64,000 bases of DNA from positions 7,789 to 71,788 of the forward strand of contig JABDNG010000068.1 of the NCBI GenBank assembly GCA_013001045.1, read 5' to 3'. This DNA is from Woeseiaceae bacterium (lineage in GTDB: Bacteria; Pseudomonadota; Gammaproteobacteria; Steroidobacterales; Woeseiaceae). Under the pieces are notes generated by a model. The model did no database searches. It was not told the origin of the DNA and saw only the letters and a program-made list of their open reading frames with translations. Shown piece by piece: positions 43,075-53,125 of this stretch. Positions within the stretch are counted from its first letter, which is position 1. Every line of letters starts with the position of its first letter. Both the position numbers and the translations under genes were made by a program.

Positions 43075-43562
43075 TTCCCCGCCCAGACCAGGCGGCTGCC
43101 AGTGGTGATGTTGTAGCGACGCGCGACACCTGCGTTCAGTTCCAGAACGTAATTGACCGGTTCGATGGAGCTCAAGGACTGCAATGACAGCGGTTCGGTA
43201 TTGTGAATCACGGATGATACGGTGCCATCGCCGCGGGCAAACACTATGTCCAGCGAGATGTACGTATTCTTCATCCACATCGAGTGAATGTCTGCGTTGT
43301 CGTAGACGAATAACATGCCCGTCCGCTCGGGCAGACTCCGGACAAACATGAGACCGCGTTGTTGCTGCTCAAAGTCCGTCGCAAGATAAATGTCAAACTC
43401 GTGACGTGATCCGTCACTCGTAACGATGACCAGCTCGTCGCGTTGAAACGTCACGTCAAGACCTGTAGCGCTCGCTGTCTTTGCAGCAGGTTGTGGGCTG
43501 CAGCCGAACGCCATCGCAATAGCCGCTAAGGCGGCGAGTCGCAACCGGATCGAACTCATCAT
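43041..43562 (-). CDS. DUF192 family lipoprotein
   Basis: RGLMF, GMLF, WMKNT...LD..F and VLELNAG motifs. Confidence 0.88.
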   Translation of the reverse strand: MMSSIRLRLAALAAIAMAFGCSPQPAAKTASATGLDVTFQRDELVIVTSDGSRHEFDIYLATDFEQQQRGLMFVRSLPERTGMLFVYDNADIHSMWMKNTYISLDIVFARGDGTVSSVIHNTEPLSLQSLSSIEPVNYVLELNAGVARRYNITTGSRLVWAGNQSTAAIESAR

Positions 43563-44125
43563 GCTGTACTCCAGTCGATGATGCCGCGGAACTCGAGTTT
43601 CGGAATCGAGATGGCGGCGTCGCCGTTAATTTCGCCAAGCGGGACTACGCAATACAGTGTGCCACTGACATCGTAGCGGTTGTCGCTATCGGCGATCGCT
43701 TCTTGAGTCGTGATGTCGGACCAGCAGGACTCGAGTGTTGGCGTACTGAAGAACCGTCCGCTGCCCTCGACGGTCAGCGTCACCACGGTCGGCGTTTCCG
43801 ACACGGCGCTGGCGGGCTTGAGCTCGGGTAATGCCAGGATGATAGCGATCTGGCTGGCGGCGGCAGGACCTGTGAAGCGCAGTCGAACGCCTTTGCCATC
43901 GGGTCGCAACATGCTCTCACAGCCGAGCTCCTCGGCTGACCAGCGGATTTGTCGCGCAATGCTGCCGTAAAGCTCGGTAGTCAGTTGACCATTGTCACCG
44001 CAATTGGGCGCTTTATGGACCAGAGGCTCAGCCGTATCGGCGTCGGGCTCCGCCGTTCGCTCGCAGCCGCCGAGTGCCGCGAGTAACGCCAGCGCCGTCC
44101 ATACCCAGGTGTTCGTTCGCTGCAT
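43559..44125 (-). CDS. Hypothetical lipoprotein
   Basis: LGGC lipobox; stop overlaps the start of the DUF192 gene. Confidence 0.65.
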   Translation of the reverse strand: MQRTNTWVWTALALLAALGGCERTAEPDADTAEPLVHKAPNCGDNGQLTTELYGSIARQIRWSAEELGCESMLRPDGKGVRLRFTGPAAASQIAIILALPELKPASAVSETPTVVTLTVEGSGRFFSTPTLESCWSDITTQEAIADSDNRYDVSGTLYCVVPLGEINGDAAISIPKLEFRGIIDWSTA

Positions 44126-44287
44126 ATTTCTGCTGTTTGAGTGCAATGGAATGACGTGTGTGCGGTCCCAATGGGGGTCAATAGTACTCAAGTCGGCATA
44201 ATTATGAGTAAAAAACACCGCGACCGGTTGGCGTGCCCACGCATCCTATCTAGAATGGCACGCCGCATTATGCATCGGAGTGATTGA

Positions 44288-45256
44288 ATGAGCGTCGCAG
44301 AACAGTTTCAGAAGCTCGAGGCACACGCCAGTAGCCTGATCATCGGGCAGGCGCATCTGATCAACAGGATGCTGATAGCGCTGCTGTGCGATGGCCACCT
44401 GTTGGTTGAGGGTGCGCCCGGGCTTGCCAAGACTCGCGCCATCAAGGTGCTCGCCGAGAGTATCGAAGGCGATTTCCATCGCCTGCAGTTCACGCCGGAT
44501 TTGCTGCCGGCCGACCTGACGGGCACGGACATTTATCGCCCGCAGGAAGGTACGTTCGAGTTTCGTAAGGGCCCGTTGTTTCATAACCTGATTCTCGCCG
44601 ACGAGATCAACCGGGCGCCCGCGAAGGTTCAATCGGCGTTGCTCGAAGCCATGGAAGAACGCCAGATTTCCGTGGGCGACAAAAGCTACCCGCTTGAGAA
44701 CCTGTTCATGGTGATGGCGACGCAAAACCCGATCGAGCAGGAGGGCACCTATCCCTTACCTGAGGCGCAGCTGGATCGTTTCCTGCTGCATGTCGAGGTG
44801 GGTTACCCGACGGTCGCGGACGAACGGCGCATTCTGATCCTGAATCGGGATGAAGCGAAGCAGGGCGAGCGAGACGCGTTCCAGCCGCCCGAATTGTTGT
44901 CGATGGAGTCCATCATGCAGGCACGCCAGGACATCCTGAACCTGCATCTTGCGACCGAGTTGGAGGAATACATTGTCAACGTGGTGATCGCGACGCGAAA
45001 TCCGGGGTCCGTGGACCCGGCGCTCGAGGGTCAGGTCCTGTACGGCGCAAGCCCCCGCGCCAGCATGGGAATCGACCGCGCCGCACGGGCACACGCCTGG
45101 CTCGCGGGACGCGATTTTGTCGGTCCGGAGGATATCCAGGCTGTCGCGCCCGATGTCCTGCGTCACAGGTTGGTATTGAGTTTTGAAGCGGAGGCTGATG
45201 GCGTCGATTCCGAGTCTGTGATCAAAGGCGTTCTGGATGGTGTCGGGGTGCCCTAG
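44288..45256 (+). CDS. moxR: MoxR family AAA+ ATPase
   Basis: G.PGLAKT, QFTPDLLP.D, ADEINRAP and ATQNP.EQEGTY.LPEAQLDRF motifs. Confidence 0.94.
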   Translation: MSVAEQFQKLEAHASSLIIGQAHLINRMLIALLCDGHLLVEGAPGLAKTRAIKVLAESIEGDFHRLQFTPDLLPADLTGTDIYRPQEGTFEFRKGPLFHNLILADEINRAPAKVQSALLEAMEERQISVGDKSYPLENLFMVMATQNPIEQEGTYPLPEAQLDRFLLHVEVGYPTVADERRILILNRDEAKQGERDAFQPPELLSMESIMQARQDILNLHLATELEEYIVNVVIATRNPGSVDPALEGQVLYGASPRASMGIDRAARAHAWLAGRDFVGPEDIQAVAPDVLRHRLVLSFEAEADGVDSESVIKGVLDGVGVP

Positions 45257-46200
45257 TGCGCGGCTTGGACCACATTCCGGAGGATGCATCGCCGGTCAGC
45301 ATCGCTCAGGCTGACCTGATTCGGCTCAGTGGGCCGGCGAGGGCTATCGCGCTCGATGTCCTGCGCGTGAACTCGTTGCAAACCGGAGCCTACGTGTCAC
45401 ATTTTCGCGGTCGCGGTATGGAGTTCGACGAATCGCGCCCGTACCAGCCCGGTGACGATCCGCGCAGCATCGACTGGCGCGTAACGGCGCGCAGCACGAC
45501 GGCTTACACAAAGTTATTTCGCGAAGAACGCGAACGGCCCGTACTCATCGTTGTCGATCTTCGTTCCACGATGCACTTCGCAACCCAGGGTTGCTTCAAG
45601 TCGGTCAATGCGAGTCGCGCGGCTGCGCTGCTGGCGTGGGCCGCGCACCATCGCGGCGACCGACTGGGTGGTTTGATTTTCGGTGACGTCATTCATCGCG
45701 AGCTGAAACCGCGGCTCGGCCGTCAGGCTGCACTGCGTTTTGTGCACGAGCTGGTAGGTCATCCGGACTGGGAGCGACGCGACCACACCGCGCCGGATGG
45801 CGTCGAGCCGTTAACGCAGGCGATGTCCGCACTTCGACGTGTCGCCCGGCCCGGCAGCCTCGTGGTCGTGATCAGCGACTTCAACGGATTTTCGCGCGGT
45901 GCCCAGTCGTATCTGTCGAGCGTGGCACGACACAACGAGGTGCTCGCGGTATTCATGAACGATCCGCTGGAGCGAGACTTGCCGCCGCCCGGTCGGTACC
46001 GCCTCGTCTCAGCAGACGACGAACTCGCGATCGATACGTACGCGGGCGCGGCGCGGCGCGACTATCACAATGCCTTCGAAAAACGTGCGCGTGAACTGGA
46101 GGCGTTTTGTCAGCGTTATGGCGTGCACCTTTTGCCAATGTCGACCGACGATGATCCTGTCAGCACTTTGCAGCAAGCGCTTGGCCGGAGGTCACGCTGA
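45256..46200 (+). CDS. DUF58 protein
   Basis: GRGMEF.E.R.Y.PGDD.R.IDW.VTAR motif. Confidence 0.9.
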   Translation: MRGLDHIPEDASPVSIAQADLIRLSGPARAIALDVLRVNSLQTGAYVSHFRGRGMEFDESRPYQPGDDPRSIDWRVTARSTTAYTKLFREERERPVLIVVDLRSTMHFATQGCFKSVNASRAAALLAWAAHHRGDRLGGLIFGDVIHRELKPRLGRQAALRFVHELVGHPDWERRDHTAPDGVEPLTQAMSALRRVARPGSLVVVISDFNGFSRGAQSYLSSVARHNEVLAVFMNDPLERDLPPPGRYRLVSADDELAIDTYAGAARRDYHNAFEKRARELEAFCQRYGVHLLPMSTDDDPVSTLQQALGRRSR

Positions 46201-46202
46201 GC

Positions 46203-46694
46203 ATGCAAGAGACGGCACTGCCATTGCGAGACCTGCACTTGCCAGACCCGGTCGGTTGGTGGCCGCTCGCAGCCGGCTGGTGGTTTGTCTTGCTGATCGT
46301 CGCGACGGCTTTGGGCTATCTTGGCTGGCGTACTTACGCGAAATGGCGTCATAACGCGCCACGTCGTTTCGCGCTGCGTGAGTTATCGCGTTATGAAGCG
46401 GAGTATCTCGAGCATCGCAACCCGGTAACGCTCGGCAAGCAGCTGTCGGAGCTGTTGCGTCGCGGCATGCTGGCGTATGCGCCACGGGAGCAGGTCGCGG
46501 GGCTTACTGGCGAGGCATGGTTGCAATGGCTGGATCACGGCATGCCGCTGCCGTACTTTCACACCGAGGGCGGCAAGAGCCTATTGCAGCTGCCGTACCG
46601 CGATCCGGCCGGTGATTTTTCCGACGTCGATATCGATGCGTTGCTGTCGGCCGTCCGCATGCGTCTGAAGGCGCCGCTGGCGGGGTCGGCCTGA
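46203..46694 (+). CDS. DUF4381 protein
   Basis: LRD.HLP....WWP.A.GWW and LTG..WL..LD motifs. Confidence 0.85.
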   Translation: MQETALPLRDLHLPDPVGWWPLAAGWWFVLLIVATALGYLGWRTYAKWRHNAPRRFALRELSRYEAEYLEHRNPVTLGKQLSELLRRGMLAYAPREQVAGLTGEAWLQWLDHGMPLPYFHTEGGKSLLQLPYRDPAGDFSDVDIDALLSAVRMRLKAPLAGSA

Positions 46695-47728
46695 TGTGGT
46701 CGCTGGCGTGGCCCTGGGTGCTTATTGCACTGCCACTACCGTGGATAGTGCGTGTTCTGGCGCCGGCAGCGCGCGGACTGTCGCAGGCAGGCCTTCGCGT
46801 GCCGACGCTTAGAAGTTTCGAATCACTTAAAGACCGTTCCGATGCCGAGCAGCTACTCAACTGGCGCCTTTGGGTCGCCGTGATTGCCTGGATATTGCTC
46901 GTGCTCGCGGCGGCCCGTCCCGAACGCATTGGCGATGAACTCGATGTACCTGTCTCCGGGCGCAACCTGATGCTCGCTGTCGACCTGTCCGGCAGCATGG
47001 ACCAGAAGGATTTCGAACTCGGCAGTCGCCGCGTCGATCGTCTTACGGCGACCAAGGCGGTTGCCAGCGATTTTATTTCGCGTCGCGAAGGCGACCGCAT
47101 CGGACTCATCCTGTTTGGCGAACGCGCCTATTTGCAGGTGCCGCTGACGCTGGATCGCGAGACCGTCAAGATCTTGCTGTTGGAAGCGTTCATCGGCCTT
47201 GCGGGCGAGAAGACCGCTATTGGCGATGCAATCACGCTTGCCGTGCGTCGCGTGCATGAGCAGCCGAGAGACGCGGGCGACCAGGTACTCGTGTTGCTAA
47301 CCGACGGGGCCAACACGGCCGGCGAAGTCGACCCGCTCAAGGCGGCGGAACTGGCACAACAGGTGGGATTGCGCATCTACACGATCGGCATCGGCGCGGA
47401 GCAGCTGGAAGTGTCGTCGCTTATCGGCGGCCGACGCCGCATCAATCCGTCGGCGGATCTCGACGAAGCGACGTTGACGAGCATTGCCGAGCTCACCGGC
47501 GGGCGATATTTCAGGGCAACGGACACGGCCAGTTTGCAGGACATCTATCGGCTCGTTGATGAACTGGAGCCGGTCGAGGAACCCGAGTCCGGTTTTCGCC
47601 CCGTGACGTCACTCTTCTATTGGCCACTGGGCGGCGCCATCGCGTTGGTCACGATGATGGTTCTCGTGACCCTGTTACAACGACTGCTGCGACAACGACT
47701 GGCGGAGGTGCGGGCCGATGTTGGCTGA
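46694..47728 (+). CDS. VWA domain protein (BatA-like)
   Basis: MIDAS DLSGSM, R.GDRIGL, TAIGDA and LTDG.N motifs. Confidence 0.9.
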   Translation: MWSLAWPWVLIALPLPWIVRVLAPAARGLSQAGLRVPTLRSFESLKDRSDAEQLLNWRLWVAVIAWILLVLAAARPERIGDELDVPVSGRNLMLAVDLSGSMDQKDFELGSRRVDRLTATKAVASDFISRREGDRIGLILFGERAYLQVPLTLDRETVKILLLEAFIGLAGEKTAIGDAITLAVRRVHEQPRDAGDQVLVLLTDGANTAGEVDPLKAAELAQQVGLRIYTIGIGAEQLEVSSLIGGRRRINPSADLDEATLTSIAELTGGRYFRATDTASLQDIYRLVDELEPVEEPESGFRPVTSLFYWPLGGAIALVTMMVLVTLLQRLLRQRLAEVRADVG

Positions 47729-49520
47729 TTTCCACTGGTTGCGACCGGAGTGGCTGCTCGCGATCCCGCTGGTGGTGCTGGCCGCCGTCATGCTGGGCCG
47801 AGGCCGCCTGACTTCGGGAAACTGGCGCGATGTTATCGATCCGGCGCTGATGCCCTACGTGTTATCGCGAGCGCCCGGCCGCGGTTCCGATTATCGCTGG
47901 TGGTTGTTTGCGATCGGTGGCGTTCTTGCGGCGCTCGCGATGGCGGGACCCGCGTGGGAACGCATCGAGCAGCCGGTGTTTCGCGCCGAACAGGCGCTCG
48001 TTGTTGCGCTGGATCTGTCGCGATCGATGGATGCGCAGGATGTATCACCCAGTCGCCTGGCGCGCGCTCGCCTGAAGATTCTGGACATACTGGAACGTCG
48101 CAAGAGTGGACAAACCGCACTTGTTGTCTATTCGTCGAACGCCTTTACGGTAACGCCACTGACGACGGACACCGACACGGTCGCAGCGCTCGTCAACAGT
48201 TTGAGCACGGATATCATGCCCAGCCGTGGTAGCAACCCCGCAGTCGCGATACAAAAAGGCCGCCAACTGCTCGTCCAGGCCGGCGTAGGCTATGGTGAGG
48301 TGTTGTTGATCACGGACGGCGGTTCCTCGGCGGCGGCTGAAAAAATTGCGCGCGAACTGAAAGCAGCCGGGTATTCACTGTCGGTGCTGGGCGTCGGCAC
48401 GCGCGACGGCGCACCGATACCGCAAGTGTCCGGCGGTTTTGTCACCGACAACCGCGGCAAGATCGCGCTGCCGCGGTTGGAAGAGACCTCACTACGCAAG
48501 TTATCGGCGGCTGGCGGCGGGCGCTTTGCCGTGTTGTCAGCCGACAACCGCGATCTCGATAGTCTCTTTTCGGGTGAGGTAGTTACGGCTGCGGCTTCTG
48601 ACGAGTCATTGGCGACCGACCGTTGGCGGGAAGAAGGACCCTGGCTGCTGTTGCTGTTGCTGCCGGTCGCCGCGCTCGCATTTCGGCGTGGCTGGGTGCT
48701 GGTCTTGCTGGTTTGCGTGTTGCCACTACCGGAGCCGGCAGAGGCGTCACTGTGGGACGACCTGTGGCAGAACAAGAATCAGCAGGCAAAAAAGCAGCTC
48801 GAGGCGGGTAATGCCGAAGAGGCCGCGGCGTTGTTTGAAGACACGGAGTGGCGTGCCGTCGCGCGTTATCGAGCCAAGGACTTCGCGGGCAGCGCGGCCG
48901 AGTTTGCCGAGGCTGGTGACACGAGAAATCTCTACAATCTTGGCAACGCACTGGCGTTTCAGGGTGAGTTCGATGCGGCCATCGATGCTTACGAGCAGGT
49001 TCTCGAAATGGAACCGGATAACGATGACGCCGCGTATAACCTGGACCTCGTAAAGAACCTGAAGGATCAGCAGCAACAACAGCAGGAAAATCAGGGCGAC
49101 GATCAGCAGTCGACCGAAAACTCCGGCGGCGAGGGCGAACAGTCGGATTCGGAAAGCCAGCCAGACCAGGAAGGTGCCGAGGGATCGTCGGAATCCGCAG
49201 ACCCGTCGGAAGAAGGCGATTCACCGCAACGCGGCGATGAGGAAATGAGCGATGACGATCTGGAGGCGCTGCAGCAGGAGTTGCAGCGCGCTGCCGAAGA
49301 GGCGCAGCAGGGTGAGGATCCGCAACAGATGTCCGAGGCGGAGCTCGCCGAGCTACGCCAGCAGCAGGAGCAACAACAGGCGATGGAGCAATGGCTGCGC
49401 CGCATTCCCGATGATCCGGGCGGCTTGCTGCGGCGCAAGTTCCGGCACCAGTATCAGCGTTCGGGCAAGGATCAGGACGGCAACGATGTCTGGCCCGACA
49501 ACGAGGTACAACCGTGGTAA
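47718..49520 (+). CDS. VWA + TPR protein (BatB/BatC-like)
   Basis: DLS.SM MIDAS, YN.GNALA TPR, Q/E-rich linker and WLR.IPDDPGGLLR.KF. Confidence 0.88.
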   Translation: MLADFHWLRPEWLLAIPLVVLAAVMLGRGRLTSGNWRDVIDPALMPYVLSRAPGRGSDYRWWLFAIGGVLAALAMAGPAWERIEQPVFRAEQALVVALDLSRSMDAQDVSPSRLARARLKILDILERRKSGQTALVVYSSNAFTVTPLTTDTDTVAALVNSLSTDIMPSRGSNPAVAIQKGRQLLVQAGVGYGEVLLITDGGSSAAAEKIARELKAAGYSLSVLGVGTRDGAPIPQVSGGFVTDNRGKIALPRLEETSLRKLSAAGGGRFAVLSADNRDLDSLFSGEVVTAAASDESLATDRWREEGPWLLLLLLPVAALAFRRGWVLVLLVCVLPLPEPAEASLWDDLWQNKNQQAKKQLEAGNAEEAAALFEDTEWRAVARYRAKDFAGSAAEFAEAGDTRNLYNLGNALAFQGEFDAAIDAYEQVLEMEPDNDDAAYNLDLVKNLKDQQQQQQENQGDDQQSTENSGGEGEQSDSESQPDQEGAEGSSESADPSEEGDSPQRGDEEMSDDDLEALQQELQRAAEEAQQGEDPQQMSEAELAELRQQQEQQQAMEQWLRRIPDDPGGLLRRKFRHQYQRSGKDQDGNDVWPDNEVQPW

Positions 49521-51199
49521 TGCCGATCAATAAATTCGTTCTCTCTCTGCTGATGGTTGTGTGCGTTTGCGTCGCTGCGATATCAAACGCAGCGGCGGCG
49601 GTTCGGGCGCAGGTCGACCGTCCGTCGGTGGATCTCAATGAATCGTTCATGCTGGAGGTAATCGTCGATTCGAATACCGACCTGGAGCCCGATCTCACAG
49701 TGCTCGAAGACGGGTTTTATCTAGGCCAGGTCAGCCAGCTCAGTAACACATCGATCTACAACGGCAGTATCCGGCGCAGCCGAACCTGGACGATAGCGTT
49801 AATGCCAAAGAGCACGGGCGAACAGGAAATTCCATCGATCACGGTCGGCACCGAGAAAAGCGAGCCGCTCAAAATCATGGTCAATGAACCGTCCGATGCG
49901 CCGCCAGGTGAGGCCGACGTGTTCGTCGCAAGTGAGATCGATCAGACGGAAGCTTACGTACAGGCACAAATTCTGTATCGCATCAAAGTCTATCGCGCCG
50001 TTGCCACACGCCAGCCGGCTTTGCGCGAGCCGACGATCAGCGGCGTGGAAGCGCTCGTCGAACTGGCGGGCGACGAGCGCAGCTATGAAGCGATCCTGAA
50101 CGGCAAGGCTTACAATGTCGTCGAGCGCGTCATTGCCCTTTATCCGCAAGAGAGTGGCGAGGTCTCGATCTCGCCGGCGGTGTTCGAGGCACGCGTCCTG
50201 CGCGGCGGCCGCATCACGGGCCGCAAGGTATTTCAGTCCGACGCCCACACGATCAAGGTCCTGCCGATTCCGGCGCCCCCGGACGATTTCCCGGACGCGG
50301 CCTGGCTGCCGGCGCGCGATGTACAACTTAGCGAGGAGTGGTCGCGCGAGCCGGACCGCATCAATGCGGGCGAGCCCGTTACTCGGCGCGTGACGATCAG
50401 TGCCCTCGGCCAAATCGAAACGCAGATTCCCGCGATCGGACCGCCCAGCGTCGACGGATTGAATGTCTATGCGGACAAACCCGAACTGAGTCGACGTGTC
50501 GAAACAGACGGCATCCGCGGCGTGCGCAAGGATCAGTACGCGATGATCGGCGTAAATGGCGGCGATATTGAGCTGCCGGCACTCGACATTCCGTGGTGGG
50601 ACATCGACGCCGGCAGCTGGCGTGTTGCGTCGTTGCCGGGGCGTACAATAAAGGTGCGGGCGCTCGACGAGCCGGCAATCGCCGCGCCGGTTGCCGCGCC
50701 TTCGGCGACGGCGGATGCTAGGGAAACGCCGGCACTAAAAATCATGCCGGACGGCTTCTGGCCGCGGGTCAGTCAATTGCTGGCTGCCGCGTGGTTACTG
50801 ACGATATTCGCCTGGTGGTGGTCATCGCGCGACAAGAAGCGCACGCCACGTGAGCCGGCGCCACCACCCGTCTACAAACGACAGGCCAGGTTCGTAAAGG
50901 CCGCAAGGAAAGCGGCTGTGGCCGGTGATGGTGCCGCGGTCCGCTCCGCTATGTTGGACTGGGGCCGCCTGCAGTGGCCGGACGACGCGCCGCGCAGTGT
51001 TGGTGAGCTTGCCGAACGCGTGTCGCCGCCGCTTTCGGATGAGTTACGAAAACTGTCGATGGCAAGCTATGGTCCAGGCGGCCGTGATTGGGACGGGGCG
51101 GCGCTGGCGAAATCGCTCAAGTCAATCGTACTTGCGAGCGACAAAGTTCAGGCTGGAAGCGAGGATACGTTGCCGCCGCTGATGCCGCCTGCGGCGTGA
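49520..51199 (+). CDS. BatD family protein
   Basis: Signal peptide, repeated Ig-like BatD segments (PQ.SG, WWD), C-terminal TM; Bat operon position. Confidence 0.82.
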   Translation: MPINKFVLSLLMVVCVCVAAISNAAAAVRAQVDRPSVDLNESFMLEVIVDSNTDLEPDLTVLEDGFYLGQVSQLSNTSIYNGSIRRSRTWTIALMPKSTGEQEIPSITVGTEKSEPLKIMVNEPSDAPPGEADVFVASEIDQTEAYVQAQILYRIKVYRAVATRQPALREPTISGVEALVELAGDERSYEAILNGKAYNVVERVIALYPQESGEVSISPAVFEARVLRGGRITGRKVFQSDAHTIKVLPIPAPPDDFPDAAWLPARDVQLSEEWSREPDRINAGEPVTRRVTISALGQIETQIPAIGPPSVDGLNVYADKPELSRRVETDGIRGVRKDQYAMIGVNGGDIELPALDIPWWDIDAGSWRVASLPGRTIKVRALDEPAIAAPVAAPSATADARETPALKIMPDGFWPRVSQLLAAAWLLTIFAWWWSSRDKKRTPREPAPPPVYKRQARFVKAARKAAVAGDGAAVRSAMLDWGRLQWPDDAPRSVGELAERVSPPLSDELRKLSMASYGPGGRDWDGAALAKSLKSIVLASDKVQAGSEDTLPPLMPPAA

Positions 51200-51328
51200 T
51201 CGCGAATGTCGGCCTGCGGGCCGGATCGAACAAAAGAATTATGTGACATAACAGACTGCTACGCGGTGAATAGGCGTACAATAACAATGTAGCCTCTGGA
51301 GCTATCCAGAAGACCAAGGTCACTCTCA

Positions 51329-51520
51329 ATGGAAACATTGTTTCAGATATTCGATAACGTCGAAGATGCCATCGTCGCGATGGCATTGCGATTGCGGCGC
51401 TTTCTAACCCGTCGCCCGCAGGAACGGCGGCGAGTCGCCAGAACACCGATGGTGAAACCGCAGCATCAAGGTCCGCGTCAAGCCGATAGCGGACCTGCCG
51501 AGCCCGCTGACCAGGACTGA
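51329..51520 (+). CDS. Small hypothetical protein (63 aa)
   Basis: ATG preceded by AAGG and an AT-rich promoter-like region (TACAAT near 51277). Confidence 0.45.
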   Translation: METLFQIFDNVEDAIVAMALRLRRFLTRRPQERRRVARTPMVKPQHQGPRQADSGPAEPADQD

Positions 51521-51674
51521 TATCAGCCAGCGATGCCGGATCGCTGCATATATTTACTTCGCCATGAGGCCGTGCGTTCTTGATCACGATACGCGGTGCT
51601 GTACGGCGCATTCTTCAAGCTCAATCACTGCCATAGCGCCTCTGGACAAGGAGCACGCCTTTCACGAATTTGCG

Positions 51675-51799
51675 AACCCTCCTGTCGATGCAGGAGCAGA
51701 CATCGATAGCGTTGAGTTGTTATCTACCGTTAATGACCCGGAGCGGGCCTTGAAATGATGGGGTTTTGAGCGGCAGGGATCGACTCTTAAGCCTTCACT
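51675..51799. repeat. Palindromic repeat cluster 1 (three degenerate copies)
   Basis: 51675 (right arm AGCAGACATC 51695-51704); 51722 ATCTACCGTT-AATGACCCGG-AGCGGGCCTT; 51769 AGCGGCAGGG-ATCGACTCTTA-AGCCTTCACT. Two 17-bp spacers. Confidence 0.6.
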
Positions 51800-51860
51800 C
51801 TCGTTGAACGAATCAAATCCCCTGCGTTACACCGACGCGGGCATAGGAGCAAAAACGTCC

Positions 51861-52253
51861 ATGCTAGTTGCCGGATTGGTTGTAGCCGCCTTCGGCGGAT
51901 TAGTCATTTACTTGCTTGTAAGCAACGTAGAGTCCTTATCCAGACCATTTCTGAAATTTCTCGGATATTTCTTGATATTCGTAAGCGCTGTTGAGTTGCT
52001 TATTCTCATTTGGGTCCTGGTATTCATAGCAATCAGCGATTGGTCTATATGGGGTCTTTCTTTTGATGGCTTCTGGAGAGAGCAACTATCTGCTATCTAT
52101 TTCATCAAAGAGTGGCTCTATTCCTGGTTTTGGAATGACTTAATGAATCTCTTCTTTGTATTCCTGCCAGCGGTGGTGTTTCTGACTCTCAGGACAACCA
52201 TTACGACGGTTCTGGGTTTCTGGGCCCTGGCCGCCTCCAAAAGACAGGTCTGA
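51861..52253 (+). CDS. Hypothetical membrane protein, AT-rich
   Basis: GGAG upstream of ATG; 3-4 hydrophobic segments; AT-rich codons. Confidence 0.65.
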   Translation: MLVAGLVVAAFGGLVIYLLVSNVESLSRPFLKFLGYFLIFVSAVELLILIWVLVFIAISDWSIWGLSFDGFWREQLSAIYFIKEWLYSWFWNDLMNLFFVFLPAVVFLTLRTTITTVLGFWALAASKRQV

Positions 52254-52260
52254 TCAAGCC

Positions 52261-52782
52261 CTACAGACCGGGGGCCTCGTCGAGGTCGAACTCGACCTCG
52301 GCGCTAGCGCTCGATGGTAGCTTGGCCATGGCCTCTCGCAGCATCTCGACGTGCTCGGCCTCCTCGTCTCGAAGCTCGGTGAACAGTTCCCGGACCTCGG
52401 GATTGGTGATGCCGGGCAAGGCCATGTCATAGAAGTCGTATGCCTTCTTCTCAGCAGCGAGCCCGACCTCGAACGCCTCGACGGTGGACATACCGCGGCG
52501 TGGGGCACCCATGTCCGGGGCCTCTACGTCGAACAGGTCGTCGAGCGTCAGCCGCGCGGGGGCATCACCGAACAGAGCCTTGCGCCGAGCCTCCAGCTCT
52601 TCGCCGTGCTTGGCCTCGTTCTCGACCATCGTGCCGAAGAAGGCTCCTGCGTCGTAGCCGCCGGTGCGACCGAGTTGGGACGCGAACATCTGGTAGCGGT
52701 GGCACGCCTCCATCTCGATCAGCTTCGCGAGGTCAAGGGCATCCATTAGGCTGAGTTTTGACAGGTCAAGACGGGTAGACAT
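52261..52782 (-). CDS. Ferritin-like/rubrerythrin family diiron protein
   Basis: A...E..A...Y, E..H (NEAKH), E..AY.FY and EE.EH di-iron motifs; AGGAG RBS. Confidence 0.82.
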   Translation of the reverse strand: MSTRLDLSKLSLMDALDLAKLIEMEACHRYQMFASQLGRTGGYDAGAFFGTMVENEAKHGEELEARRKALFGDAPARLTLDDLFDVEAPDMGAPRRGMSTVEAFEVGLAAEKKAYDFYDMALPGITNPEVRELFTELRDEEAEHVEMLREAMAKLPSSASAEVEFDLDEAPGL

Positions 52783-53125
52783 TAAATCGGCTCCTGGTCT
52801 GGGTTTGATGTTCCGAAGCGGCCCGTCGGGGGCGCCTCGAGTGATCCGAACCCGCCTGGTCCCGTCAGCGGGCCCGGCGGCTCTTGCGGCGGTGAGATGA
52901 TAACACCACCGAGCGGATTCGCGTGACATTGCAGCAGCGTTTTATTGCGTTACTTCGGAGGATATGCAGGTTTGAGTGGCGGCGTAAGCACATGAGAAAC
53001 TGGCCCGACACCGCTCGCACCGAAATTTGCCACCGGCATCTAGCTCCTATGTACCATGCAGCCCAATCAGGCATTCAGCGTCCGTTAGAATATGCGACCA
53101 CTGGCATCGCAAGGAACAGCGAATC

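Noticed and set aside
49060..49390. CAG/CAA-rich low-complexity tract
   Set aside because: Encodes the usual Q/E-rich linker of BatB/C-type proteins.
52261..52782. Encapsulin cargo interpretation of the ferritin-like protein
   Set aside because: No LxIGSL-type targeting peptide and no encapsulin gene nearby.
53060..53095. attC-like fragments GCCCAATCAGGCATTCAGCG...GTTAGAA upstream of the methyltransferase
   Set aside because: Too short, and the core sites do not match the consensus or each other.
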